Origin: Candidatus Latescibacterota bacterium
Lineage (GTDB): Bacteria; Latescibacterota; UBA2968; UBA8231
Length of the DNA: 64,000 nucleotides
Reading direction: 5' to 3'
NCBI GenBank assembly: GCA_965217585.1
Contig: OZ244561.1
Span: 256,001-320,000 of the forward strand
Shown here piece by piece: positions 10,249-20,157 of the stretch. Each line of letters begins with the position of its first letter. Position 1 is the first letter of the stretch. Made by a program: the position numbers and the translations under genes. The notes below the pieces were generated by a model. The model was not told the DNA's origin, searched no databases, and worked only from the letters and a program-made list of their open reading frames with translations.

Positions 10249-11192
10249 ACCTGTCCACCACTGGCGAGATGCTGGCCCAGCGCGACGCTTTTGGTGACGC
10301 GCTCATCGAACTCATTGACCGCGATTCGCGCGTGTACGTGCTCGACGGCGACTTGGCCAACTCGACCAAGGCCGACAAAGTCTCCCGCGAGCGGCCCGAC
10401 CGCTTCCTCGAAATGGGCATTGCCGAGCAAAACATGATGGGTGTCGCCGCCGGCATGGCCACCTGCGGCCTCGTGCCGTGGCTGAGCAGTTTCGCCTGTT
10501 TCATCGTCAACCGCGATCTCGATCAACTCCGCATCGTCGTCGCCCAGCCCAACCTACCGGTCAAGCTCTGCGGCGCCTACTCGGGCCTGTTGACCGGCAA
10601 AACCGGCAAAACCCATCAAGAAGTCGCCGACATCTCCGTCATGCGGGCCATGCCGAATATGACCGTTTTAGCTCCGGCCGACGCCGTAGAGGTCCGCGCC
10701 TGTATGCTGGTGGCCAACGACCTGCCCGGCCCCGTGTACGTACGCATGACGCGCGACCCGGAGCCAGTCATCTTTCCAGCGGACTACGAGTTTGAACTGG
10801 GCCGCGCCTTTACCGTGCGCGAGGGCACGGACGTCGCCCTCATATCCACGGGAGCCCAAACCCCGCGCTGCCTCGCCGCGGCCGACGAATTGGCGCACGA
10901 GGGGATCTCGGCGCTCGTCCTGCACGTGCCGACCCTCAAGCCACTCGACGCAGACGCCATTGTCGCCGCGGCCGAGCAGACGGGCCGCGTCGTAACGGCC
11001 GAAGACCACACGATCATCGGCGGCTTGGGCGGCGCGGTCGCCGAGGTGCTGGGCGAGCGGTGCCCCACGCCCATGCGGCGCGTCGGCATCCGCGACGTAT
11101 TCGGCGAATCCGCGCCCAACGAGGATCTGCTGCAAAAATACGGTCTGACCCCCGGGCACGTCGCGCAGGCGGCGCGGGTGCTCCTCTCTTGA
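10245..11192 (+). CDS. Transketolase, C-terminal subunit
   Basis: EMGIAEQNM, THQ and AEDH motifs. GTGA coupling to the N-subunit. Confidence 0.95.
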   Translation: MNLSTTGEMLAQRDAFGDALIELIDRDSRVYVLDGDLANSTKADKVSRERPDRFLEMGIAEQNMMGVAAGMATCGLVPWLSSFACFIVNRDLDQLRIVVAQPNLPVKLCGAYSGLLTGKTGKTHQEVADISVMRAMPNMTVLAPADAVEVRACMLVANDLPGPVYVRMTRDPEPVIFPADYEFELGRAFTVREGTDVALISTGAQTPRCLAAADELAHEGISALVLHVPTLKPLDADAIVAAAEQTGRVVTAEDHTIIGGLGGAVAEVLGERCPTPMRRVGIRDVFGESAPNEDLLQKYGLTPGHVAQAARVLLS

Positions 11193-11252
11193 CCACCGTA
11201 TCCAAATACTCGTAATTAAATGTGATTCACTACCGCAACCGATAACCACAAG

Positions 11253-11360
11253 CTGCTGATGACGCGACATACTGGGTTTGCTTGCCACACAGGGTGTTTG
11301 TTCACCAGCAGAAGCTCATACGAGCCATTAGAGTGCATCTCAGATGCGCTCTTTTTCTTT
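11253..11360 (+). ncRNA. Candidate structured small RNA / leader with intrinsic terminator
   Basis: Long imperfect hairpin CTGCTG...CAGCAG (11253-11311), small hairpin GCTC-atac-GAGC, then AGAGTGCATC-tca-GATGCGCTCT followed by TTTTCTTT. Confidence 0.35.
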
Positions 11361-11389
11361 GGCCGGTGCTACAGGAAACAAGAGGCCGC

Positions 11390-12109
11390 ATGAAAGAGGG
11401 TTTGCTGCAACTGTTGAAGCTCCAAGAAGTCGATAAAAAGCTCTTCGAGCTCGAAGAAGCCAAAGACAAATATCCCGCTGAAATCGACCTGCGTCGCAGC
11501 AGGATAGCAAAAGCGCGGGCCGTCTTGTCCGACCTAGAGGCCCAGAGCGCGGAGTTCGAAAAGCAGCAGCGGCACTGCGAGCGCGAGATCGAAAGTGGCA
11601 AAGCCTCCCTGCGCGAGCGCGAGGGGCGCTTTGCCGTGGTGACCACCAACAAGGAATACGATTCTCTCCAACTCGAGATCGAGATTTGCAAAAAGGACAT
11701 TGCCGAGCACGAGACGCAGTTGCTCAAAGCCTTTGAGGGCCTAGAGCGAATTCAGGAGCAGATCGCCGAAGAACAAGGCGCTTTTGAAGAAGTCCGCGAG
11801 GCCGAGCAAGAGCGCATTGACGAACTCGAAGGCCAGCTCGGCACCATGCAGGAGCAAATCGACGAAGTCGCAGCGAGCCGGCGGATGGTCGCCAAGGGCA
11901 TCGAGGACATCGACACCCAATTGATGCGAACGTACGAACGCAAGAGGGGGCGGCGCGGGATTCGCGTCGCGGCCGTGCGCAAGGATGCTTGCGGCGCTTG
12001 CTTCCACCAGATGCCTGCCCAAATTCGCAACGAGATTCGCATCGGCGGGCGCGTCATCTACTGCGAGAGCTGCGGCACCATCATGGTCTGGGATGAGCAG
12101 TCGGTTTGA
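11390..12109 (+). CDS. C4-type zinc-ribbon coiled-coil protein (DUF164/CT398-like)
   Basis: LLKLQEVD start, long coiled coil, CGAC...CESC. This family commonly lies upstream of rnpB. Confidence 0.9.
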   Translation: MKEGLLQLLKLQEVDKKLFELEEAKDKYPAEIDLRRSRIAKARAVLSDLEAQSAEFEKQQRHCEREIESGKASLREREGRFAVVTTNKEYDSLQLEIEICKKDIAEHETQLLKAFEGLERIQEQIAEEQGAFEEVREAEQERIDELEGQLGTMQEQIDEVAASRRMVAKGIEDIDTQLMRTYERKRGRRGIRVAAVRKDACGACFHQMPAQIRNEIRIGGRVIYCESCGTIMVWDEQSV

Positions 12110-12112
12110 CTT

Positions 12113-12494
12113 TGTGGGAGGAGTAAGTCGGGCGGGCGCGCTAGCGGCCCCTAGCGGCCGCTGGTGAGGAAAGTCCGAGCTCCACAGGACAGGATGCTGG
12201 GTAACGCCCAGGGGGGGCGACCCCACAGACAGTGCCACAGAAAACACACCGCCCAGTTTGCTGGGTAAGGTTGAAAAGGTGAGGTAAGAGCTCACCGCAC
12301 CTGCGGTGACGCAGGTGGCAGGGTAAACCTCATTCGGAGCAAGGCTAAATAGGGGAAAAGAGGTGGTCCGCCTCGCTATATTCCCGGGTAGGCCGCACCG
12401 AGGCGGCCGGGCAACCGCCGCCCCAGATGAATGCCCGCACAGTGCTCTTCAGGTGCATGGACAGAACTCGGCTTATAGACTCACTCCTCCCACA
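12113..12494 (+). ncRNA. rnpB: RNase P RNA (bacterial type A)
   Basis: GAGGAAAGTCCGAGCTC, AGTGCCACAGAAAA, GGTAAACC...GAGCAAGG and ACAGAACTCGGCTTA signatures. P1 closes as TGTGGGAGGAGT/ACTCCTCCCACA. Confidence 0.97.
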
Positions 12495-12530
12495 CCCGGG
12501 GCCCAGCGGCTCCGGGTGATTTTTCTTTCT
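12493..12530 (+). terminator. Intrinsic terminator after rnpB
   Basis: CACCCGGGGCC-cagc-GGCTCCGGGTG followed by ATTTTTCTTTCT. Confidence 0.75.
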
Positions 12531-12542
12531 TTGGAGAGCTAT

Positions 12543-13664
12543 ATGTTCCCTCTGATCGCCGCGCTAGTGCTGACTGCCGCGCGGCTTCCTGCCCAACAGC
12601 CCGAGCGCTATGCGATCGAGCCTCTGGTCTCGCAGCTAGCCGAAGGCTATATCGACTGGACGCAACACGCGCTCTTTGCCCATGGCGACGGCACCGCGCC
12701 CGCGGCTATCTCCGACCCCGTGCAGCAGCGGCTCCACGGATTGCGCAATGCCCGGGACGCGGCGTTCCACAGCATGCGCGAACTAATCGGCCAAGTCCGC
12801 CTCAACGCCGATACCCAACTGCGAGACGCTGACCCCGATCGCGACTTTCAAGAACTCGCCCGCGCGGCCATTGGCTCGCAAAGCGAGGACCAAGGACGCT
12901 ACCGCATCGCCGTGTGGCTGCCCCTGCTAGGTGATTTCGCGGCTGCGGTGCTGCCCCAAGTTGAGCCTATAGATCCAAGATCATACGACCTGAGCCGCTT
13001 CGACGCCTCCCCCGCAGTACCAGCTACCCCCGATTCGATAACGACACCGGCTACCACCGACTCCCTTACAATGCCAATCGTCGCCGATTCCCTCGCAGTG
13101 CCAGCTACCTCCGATTCGCTAACGACGCCAGCCATCCCCGATTCCCTCGCGGCAGACGAACTCGTGTTTTTCGTGCCCGAGGCACCCTACACGGGTCTGC
13201 TAGTCGATGTTCGCGGGCTCGGTCTGCAACCGAGCATAGCGCCGCGGGTAATCAGCGCGGATGGGCACGTGATTCACGGCGCAGCTACCGTGGACCGCAG
13301 TCTCGCCACGGACTACGGAGTCGCCGGCTACGACGACGACATCGACCGCGCCTACACAAGCGAACGGCTCGGCGGGGAGGAGGCCCACCCTTTCGTCGTC
13401 AAGGCCACGGGCACGGCCGGCCGCTACTCGGGCGACGCCATCCTCGACAACTTCGATGCCGCACAAGTGCTGCAAGCCGACGAGGTCGGCGACTTCTTGC
13501 GCCAAGGTCGGGTGACCTTCCTCCTCGGCCCCGAGCCAGCAGCCTTTGATTCCACTTATGCGGCCTTCGATTCCACCTATACTGATTCTACTATTACGTT
13601 AGAAGGAATGGAATATGAGTTTGAGCTTTACGGAGAAATGGAAGCAAGCGACTCGCCGGAATAA
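12543..13664 (+). CDS. Secreted hypothetical protein (LPP20-like) with Pro/Thr/Ser-rich linker
   Basis: GGAG RBS, signal peptide, GYIDWT and YTGLLVDVRGL segments. Overlaps pyrF by 50 nt. Confidence 0.7.
   Translation: MFPLIAALVLTAARLPAQQPERYAIEPLVSQLAEGYIDWTQHALFAHGDGTAPAAISDPVQQRLHGLRNARDAAFHSMRELIGQVRLNADTQLRDADPDRDFQELARAAIGSQSEDQGRYRIAVWLPLLGDFAAAVLPQVEPIDPRSYDLSRFDASPAVPATPDSITTPATTDSLTMPIVADSLAVPATSDSLTTPAIPDSLAADELVFFVPEAPYTGLLVDVRGLGLQPSIAPRVISADGHVIHGAATVDRSLATDYGVAGYDDDIDRAYTSERLGGEEAHPFVVKATGTAGRYSGDAILDNFDAAQVLQADEVGDFLRQGRVTFLLGPEPAAFDSTYAAFDSTYTDSTITLEGMEYEFELYGEMEASDSPE
13020..13154 (+). repeat. Five 27-bp coding tandem repeats (PxxxDS[IL]xx)
   Basis: PATPDSITT/PATTDSLTM/PIVADSLAV/PATSDSLTT/PAIPDSLAA. 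Confidence 0.9.
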
Positions 13665-14430
13665 CTCGCTGGTCTGCGTCGGGCTGGATACCGATCCCGC
13701 TCAACTGCCCGCCAGCGTCCGCGCCAAAGCCGATCCTGTCCTCTACTTCAATCAGCAGATCATCGACGCCACCTGCGACCTCATCTGCTGCTACAAGCCC
13801 AACTTCGCTTTCTACAGCGCCCTCGGCGCGGGCGGCTTTGCCACGCTCAAACGCACCCTCGACCACATCCCCGCGGACATCCCGGTGCTCATTGACGCCA
13901 AGGTCGGCGACATGGGCAACACCGCCGAGCAATACGCCCGCACCTTCTACGAGGTCCTCGGCTGCGACGCGCTGACGGTGACTCCCTATTTGGGCCACGA
14001 CTGCGTCGCGCCCTTCGCCGCGTTCAAAGACCGCACCACCTTTCTCGTCTGCCTGACCTCCAACCCAGGAGCCGACGATTTTCAGAAAAAGCATCTAGGC
14101 GACCGGCCGCTCTACGAGCAGGTCGTCGCCAAGGCACGCGCTTGGAACGCGGCCAACAACATCGGACTCGTCGTCGGGGCGACCCAACCCACGCACTTGG
14201 CCCGCGTCCGCCAACTGGCCCCCGACATGCCCTTGCTCCTCCCCGGAATCGGCGCTCAGGGCGGCGATATTGCAGCGGCGGTCAAAAACGGCTGCGACGC
14301 TCGCGGCGCGGGTATCCTCATCAATTCCTCGCGCGGCATCCTCTACGCCTCCCAAGGCAGCGATTTCGCGGCCGCGGCCCGGCAGGCAACCCTCACCCTG
14401 CGCGACGCCATCAACGCCCACCGCCCCTGA
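13615..14430 (+). CDS. pyrF: Orotidine-5'-phosphate decarboxylase (subfamily 2)
   Basis: CVGLD, YKPN, DAKVGDMGNT, TSNPG, GLVVGAT, PGIGAQGG and NSSRGI motifs. Confidence 0.96.
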   Translation: MSLSFTEKWKQATRRNNSLVCVGLDTDPAQLPASVRAKADPVLYFNQQIIDATCDLICCYKPNFAFYSALGAGGFATLKRTLDHIPADIPVLIDAKVGDMGNTAEQYARTFYEVLGCDALTVTPYLGHDCVAPFAAFKDRTTFLVCLTSNPGADDFQKKHLGDRPLYEQVVAKARAWNAANNIGLVVGATQPTHLARVRQLAPDMPLLLPGIGAQGGDIAAAVKNGCDARGAGILINSSRGILYASQGSDFAAAARQATLTLRDAINAHRP

Positions 14431-14478
14431 GCCGTTGTTGCCATCCTTCATGGCTATCTCTATTTTTTTCTAACGAGT

Positions 14479-14556
14479 CGGGGTGTGGCGCAGCCCGGTT
14501 AGCGCACCTGCTTTGGGAGCAGGATGTCGTCGGTTCGAATCCGACCACCCCGACCA
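14479..14556 (+). tRNA. tRNA-Pro (anticodon TGG), CCA encoded
   Basis: CGGGGTG/CACCCCG acceptor stem, CCTGC-ttTGGga-GCAGG anticodon arm, GTTCGAATC T-loop. Confidence 0.97.
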
Positions 14557-14623
14557 CCACTCTCTATAGAAGCCCCTTCCCTCGCACAGCGAAATTCGCG
14601 GCCCTTCACGGCAAGGATGAATC

Positions 14624-15961
14624 ATGGCACGAGAAATCAAGGCTTTGCTCGACGAGGAAATCGCTGCGTACGCAGCGCGCAATCCCCGCTCGCTCGCAAT
14701 GTTTGCGCGGGCCAAGCAATCGCTGCCGGGCGGCAACACCCGCACCGGCGTCCACATTGACCCTTTTCCCCTATACGCCGACCGCGGCGAGGGGGCCTAT
14801 CTCTACGACATCGACGGCCATCGCCTGATCGACTTCGTCAACAACAACACGGCCCTACCCTTGGGCCACGCCCATCCCGCCATCGTCGCCGCCCTACAGG
14901 AACAAATCGTCCGTGGCACCGGGTTTTCGCGGCCCCTCGCCCTCGAAGTGGAGATGGCCGAACTGCTCCGCGCACGCATGCCCGTGCTGGAAAAAGTGCG
15001 CTTTTGCTCCTCGGGAACCGAGGCCGTGCTCAACGCCCTGCGCGTGGCGCGGGCGCATACCGGGCGCACCAAGATCGCCAAGTTCGAGGGGGCCTATCAC
15101 GGGATAGACGACAGCGCGCTGGTGAGTTATTTGCCACCGCTGGGGCCGGAACTGGGGCCGGCTAACAAGCCGCAGGGCGTGGCCTCGTCGGCCGGGCTGA
15201 TGGCCCACACCCTCGACGAGGTGGTCGTGCTGCCGTTCAACGACACAGCGGCCTGCGCCGAGATCATCGGCGACTACGCCCACGAGCTAGCAGCCGTAAT
15301 CGTAGATCCGCTTTCCACGGCCGCCGGGCTGGCGCTGCCAGAGGCCGGTTTTTTGTCGAGCCTGCGCGACGCGACCACCCGCGCCGGTGCCCTGCTGATC
15401 TTCGACGAAATCGTCAGCTTCCGCTTCGGCCCAGGTGGGACGCACACAGCCTACCAAGTGCGGCCCGATCTGGTCTGTTTGGGCAAGGTAATCGCCGGTG
15501 GGACGCCCGGCGCAGCTTTCGGCGGCCGTGCCGACGCCATGGCCCTATACGACCCAGCCGACGGACCGCCGATCCAACAGTCCGGGACCTTCAACGCTAA
15601 CCCCATCGCCCTAGCCGCTGGCTTGCAGACCCTCCAGGCGCTGACCCCCGAGGCTTACGAGCAGATGGAAGGGCTGGCGCAGCGGGCGGCTGAGGGGTTG
15701 CAGGCTGCGTTTGGCGAGGTCGGGACCGTCGTGCAGGTGGTCGTGGCCGGGTCCATATTTCGGCTGTATTTCCTCGAACAGCCGCCGCGCAATTTCCGCC
15801 AAGCAGCGCAAGACGACGCGCAGATGCACCGCTGGTTGTTCTTCGCCCTACTCAACAAGAGGCTGTACACGCGAACGGGCGGCAACGTGTCGCTGGCGAC
15901 CGAGACCCACCACATCGATGCGCTAGTGCAGGGAGTGCGCGAGGTGGTGCAAGTACTCTAA
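14624..15961 (+). CDS. Class-III PLP aminotransferase, glutamate-1-semialdehyde aminomutase-like
   Basis: SGTEA, FEGAYHG, FDEIVS, LGKVIAGG and SGTFNANP motifs. Confidence 0.9.
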   Translation: MAREIKALLDEEIAAYAARNPRSLAMFARAKQSLPGGNTRTGVHIDPFPLYADRGEGAYLYDIDGHRLIDFVNNNTALPLGHAHPAIVAALQEQIVRGTGFSRPLALEVEMAELLRARMPVLEKVRFCSSGTEAVLNALRVARAHTGRTKIAKFEGAYHGIDDSALVSYLPPLGPELGPANKPQGVASSAGLMAHTLDEVVVLPFNDTAACAEIIGDYAHELAAVIVDPLSTAAGLALPEAGFLSSLRDATTRAGALLIFDEIVSFRFGPGGTHTAYQVRPDLVCLGKVIAGGTPGAAFGGRADAMALYDPADGPPIQQSGTFNANPIALAAGLQTLQALTPEAYEQMEGLAQRAAEGLQAAFGEVGTVVQVVVAGSIFRLYFLEQPPRNFRQAAQDDAQMHRWLFFALLNKRLYTRTGGNVSLATETHHIDALVQGVREVVQVL

Positions 15962-15969
15962 CATCCCGC

Positions 15970-16326
15970 ATGACGGCTAGCGCATGGCGGCGCGCACTCC
16001 TTTGGAGCCTGTCCCTGAGCATGGTTTGCTGCGGCGGTTGGGACCGCCGGCCCCCGCAAGCAAAGCCGCCGGTCACGGCCACCGCGACAGCCCACTATGC
16101 CCACTACTGTGCTGACTGCCACGGACCCGCCATGGACGGGGGCATGGCTAGCAGCCTGATCGACGGCCGCTGGGATTTCGGCGCAAGCGACGCGGCCATC
16201 TTCGCGAGCATTGCCGTGGGGATTCCCGAGGACGGCATGCCCGGGTTTGGCGCAGTGATGGACGCAGCCCAAATCGACGCATTGGTGCGCCTGATGCGGG
16301 AGGCCGAGCGCACGCAATCCCATTAA
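15970..16326 (+). CDS. c-type monoheme cytochrome
   Basis: CADCH heme motif, distal GMPGF, signal peptide. Confidence 0.85.
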   Translation: MTASAWRRALLWSLSLSMVCCGGWDRRPPQAKPPVTATATAHYAHYCADCHGPAMDGGMASSLIDGRWDFGASDAAIFASIAVGIPEDGMPGFGAVMDAAQIDALVRLMREAERTQSH

Positions 16327-16417
16327 CCCCTACCAGCTCCCCTGCCTTGCCGCCGCTGCGGATACAGGGCGCTGGCATTTATGGGATAGCTATCCACCAA
16401 AGGTTTTAAAAAAAGAC

Positions 16418-17545
16418 ATGCGATACAGCGTCTTCCTAGTTTGCATCCTCGCTGTTGCAGGGAATGCCGCGGCCCAACAGCTCGTCCAATCCGAGGAACA
16501 CACCTTTCGCATCGAGACCTTCGCCAGCGGCTTGGGCGTGCCGTGGGGCCTTGCTTTTCTGTCCGATGGACGCTTGTTGGTCACCGAGCGCGAGGGACGG
16601 CTGCGCATCGTCGGCACTGACGGCGCGGTCTCGCCGCCCCTCGACGGCGTGCCCAAGGTGCGCGCCAAGGGACAGGGTGGGCTGATGGACGTGGCCTTGC
16701 ACCCCCAGTACGCGGAGACCGGCTGGATTTACCTCAGTTACTCGGATCCGCTGCCCGGGCCGCTAGGTGGCATGTTGAGCTATACGGCCATCAGCCGCGG
16801 ACGACTGCAAGACGAAGAGTTGGTCGATGTGGAAGTGGTTTATCGCGTCCCGGATCAGTTCTACACTCGGCACTCCCATCACTACGGCTCGCGCATCGTC
16901 TTCGACCGCGAAGGCTACCTGTACTTGGCGATCGGCGACCGCGGCCAGCGGCCCCTCGCCCAGAACGTGAAGCTGCCCAACGGCAAAATCCACCGCTTGC
17001 ACGACGGCGGCGGCGTCCCCTCCGACAACCCTTTCGTCGGGCGCAACGGAGCCATTGCGTCGATTTGGTCCTACGGCCACCGCAACCCCCAAGGAATGGC
17101 CATGCACCCGGAGACCGACCAATTGTGGGCGGCCGAGCACGGCCCCAAGGGCGGCGACGAACTCAATCATGTGCGCCGCGGCCTAAACTACGGCTGGCCG
17201 GCCATCACCTATGGCCTAAACTACAACGGCACGCCCATTACCGACCAAACCCACGCTGAGGGCATGGAGCAGCCGCAGACCTATTGGGTGCCGTCAATAG
17301 CCGTCTGCGGCATTGACTTTTACACCGGGGAGCGCTTCGGCAACTGGCAAAACGACCTGCTGGTAACCTCGCTGCGCTTCAACCGCCTGCACCGGATGCG
17401 ATTGGCTGGCACAGAAGTGGTACACGAGGAGATCGTGTACCAAGGCCAGTCGCGGATGCGCGACGTGCAGACCGGGCCGGACGGCGCAATCTATCTCGCA
17501 GTGGAAGACCCAGGGCGGATTTTGCGGCTGGTGCCAATGGAGTAG
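16418..17545 (+). CDS. PQQ-dependent sugar dehydrogenase (GSDH/YliI family)
   Basis: GQGGLMDV, HHYGSRI, YGHRNPQG, EHGPKGGDE, NYGWP and RMRDV motifs. Confidence 0.93.
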   Translation: MRYSVFLVCILAVAGNAAAQQLVQSEEHTFRIETFASGLGVPWGLAFLSDGRLLVTEREGRLRIVGTDGAVSPPLDGVPKVRAKGQGGLMDVALHPQYAETGWIYLSYSDPLPGPLGGMLSYTAISRGRLQDEELVDVEVVYRVPDQFYTRHSHHYGSRIVFDREGYLYLAIGDRGQRPLAQNVKLPNGKIHRLHDGGGVPSDNPFVGRNGAIASIWSYGHRNPQGMAMHPETDQLWAAEHGPKGGDELNHVRRGLNYGWPAITYGLNYNGTPITDQTHAEGMEQPQTYWVPSIAVCGIDFYTGERFGNWQNDLLVTSLRFNRLHRMRLAGTEVVHEEIVYQGQSRMRDVQTGPDGAIYLAVEDPGRILRLVPME

Positions 17546-17546
17546 A
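17520..17546 (+). repeat. Left copy of GSDH 3'-end repeat (partner 27877-27903)
   Basis: ttttgcggctggtgccaatggagtaga vs ttttgcggctggtacccacagagtaaa (22/27). Encodes LRLVPME* vs LRLVPTE*. Confidence 0.7.
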
Positions 17547-17619
17547 GCGGTTAGATGCCGACAGTCCCCTTCGCAATGCATTACAGCCCTTTAGCATCCA
17601 TGGGCAAGGACAAAGATAG

Positions 17620-18348
17620 ATGAACCACATCCAAATTATCGAGCAAGTTTACAACGCACTCTCTGCGAAGATCACTCAAGGCGAAATCCCAATTTCTCTT
17701 CGGGCACCTGCCTTGGTCGGCACAGTCCAAGACGATCCATTTGACTGCTGGGTTGCGGATACAATCAGAGACGCACTTCCTGATATCGAAGTGTTCCACT
17801 CGGGGAAACTGACTACTCCGGATCTCGTGTTGAGATGCAAGACAACCAACTCACTACTCGGTCTCGAGGTCAAAAAGCTCATCCAAAAGGAGGCCGGCAA
17901 AGACCCACGAGGTCTTACCATCGACTACAATAGCTGTCTCCCCTGTGGGAAAGCCCTTGTGAAGGTCGGCGAGAACACTGTCGAAGTGCCTTGCTTTTAT
18001 TTTTTTGCACTTCTCAGTCCCAATAGTTCTTCGATGGTCACAACAATCCTGATGGACGGAGACTTCCTCAACTACGATTTTGATCTTCACAAGGATGCGA
18101 AGTATGCAAATCAAAGCGAGTATAACCATGGTCCATACGGAGAAGGCTCCGTCCGCCATCGCAAGATGTACACCTATCCGAATCCACTCAACTACAAGCT
18201 GAGCTTTTTTTATTTACGCCACCTTCTAATCGTGAAACAACACGACCTTCCATCTATTGCGATACGAAGAGTCTCCTGTACGGACTTGATTATCCGCGAT
18301 GACAAGTATAAGAACTCCTTGAGCACACGATCGGCCCCAAACTATTGA
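17620..18348 (+). pseudogene. Putative PD-(D/E)XK restriction endonuclease, probably C-terminally truncated
   Basis: TPDLVL...LEVKK catalytic pattern, adjacent to an MTase, AT-rich. Confidence 0.55.
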
Positions 18349-20114
18349 ACTACTTCGAGACGCGTACAGAAGAAGGTAGTAGGGCAACCGTACTGTACTA
18401 CTTTCTCGTCAAGGTCGTGTCATGTCCACAATGCGGTGAACAGATCGACCTCTTTAAATCTCGCATTTTCTCAAAGAACGCCGTCCCGCGTAAAGACTCT
18501 AGTGCCCGTGCACTCTGCCCTAGTTGCGGTGCCGTTAACGCAACGCTCTACGATGCCGATTACGTAAAGTGCTCGGATTGTGACACGACGTACAACCCAC
18601 AACAAGGCAATATCAAAGGGGCGAAAGTCGAATGCGATAAATGCGGCCATACATTCCGGCTTGTTGAGCGGATGAAATCAATGCGTGGGCCTCTTGGCTA
18701 TCGCCGGTACGCCAAGATGATCCTCACCACGGATGGGCAAAAACGATACGCTTCTATAAATGCTTTCGATGATGCCCTTGCAAGGCACATAGAACAAGAG
18801 TTTACTTCCATCAGATCCTCCTTCCCTCAGATTGAAATCACGCCGGGTTACAATACAAACCAGATTTTGAAGCACAACTATCGCTTCTGGCACGAACTGT
18901 TTTCCGATAGGCAGCTCCTTTGCATCCACCACCTGCGGGAGGCCATTCGTCAGATTGACCACGCCGATCATAGACTCCTCTTTGCCTGTCTGTTCTCTGG
19001 AGTGCTTGAGTTCAACAATCTATTTGCATCTTTCAAGGGGGAGGGTACAGGGGCCGTGCGACACATGTTTTCACACCATGTCCTCAAGCCCGAAGTGATG
19101 CCAATCGAAGCAAATATCTGGGGGACGAGTAAGTCGTCTGGATCGTTTTCCACCTTGTTCCGCTCTCGCATCCTAAATGCGCTTGCCTACAAGGCTGATC
19201 CAACAGAGCTCTACGTGACACCTGGGAAGAGCAGTAAAGTTGGAGGAATTAATCGGCCTCTCGCCATTCCGGTGTCCAACGAGTTTGCCTTGTCCAAGAA
19301 TGGGAACGATGCGGTTTACCTCACTCAAGGCGATTCCAGTCGTACTAGTATTCCAGACCGCAGTGTGGACATCGTTGTAACCGATCCCCCATTCTTCGAT
19401 AATGTTCACTACTCCCAGCTCGCCGATTTTTTCTTTTACTGGCTGAACCAGCTTTTGGATTATTCCAAAGCCGAAACGACGAGACGGAAAGACGAAGTCC
19501 AAGATACTAGTTCTGTACTCTTCGCCAACAAACTGACAGCCGTGTTCACCGAATGCCACCGCGTTCTCAAGCATACCGGGCTTCTCGTGTTCTCCTATCA
19601 CCATGCTCGACACGAAGGGTGGACATGTGTCCACAGAGCTATCCGACATGCCGGATTCGTGTGCAAACAGGCTTATCCGATTAAGGCTGAGATGTCCGTT
19701 TCCACGCCTCTGAAACAGGCAAAGACGCCGATACATTTGGACTTGATACTCGTCTGTGGCAAGGAAGATAACGGGGCTGCCCATCACGTTGCCGACGTCG
19801 ACATTACTCATGTTCTCCGCAGTGCAGAGGACCAAATTCGCGCCCTCAAATCGGCTAATATATCCGTCTCACTCGGAGATGCGAAGGTGATTCTCATGGG
19901 ACGCTTCCTATGCGAAGCTCACCGTCTGTGGAACCGAGACAAGGAAGAGACATTTCTTTCCGATATTGAAAGACATATTGACGACTACGTAGCTGACGTG
20001 ATCAAAGTCCAAGGAGAGGTTCTATATACACAAGACCCCTCTGAACAACTGGTCCTTTTTGAAGAGATGGCCAAGTATTTGACCCATAGGGGAGAGTTCG
20101 GAGCAAGGCGGTAA
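18312..20114 (+). pseudogene. Amino-methyltransferase (DUF1156-like) lacking its N-terminal SAM-binding part
   Basis: VTDPPFFDNVHYSQL motif IV and four CxxC pairs. No FxGxG motif I. The frame opens after TAA 18309 in mid-protein-like sequence with no RBS. Confidence 0.7.
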
Positions 20115-20157
20115 ATCGCGGCCTTAAATGAGGTTGGAGGTAAGGAAAGCAACAAAT

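Noticed and set aside
14479-14556. tRNA-Pro as the attachment site of the downstream island
   Set aside because: I found no second copy of the tRNA 3' end in the window and no adjacent integrase.
14624-15961. Calling the aminotransferase hemL
   Set aside because: It lacks the typical GGVNSPVR N-terminal motif and heme-pathway context, so it is more likely a paralog.
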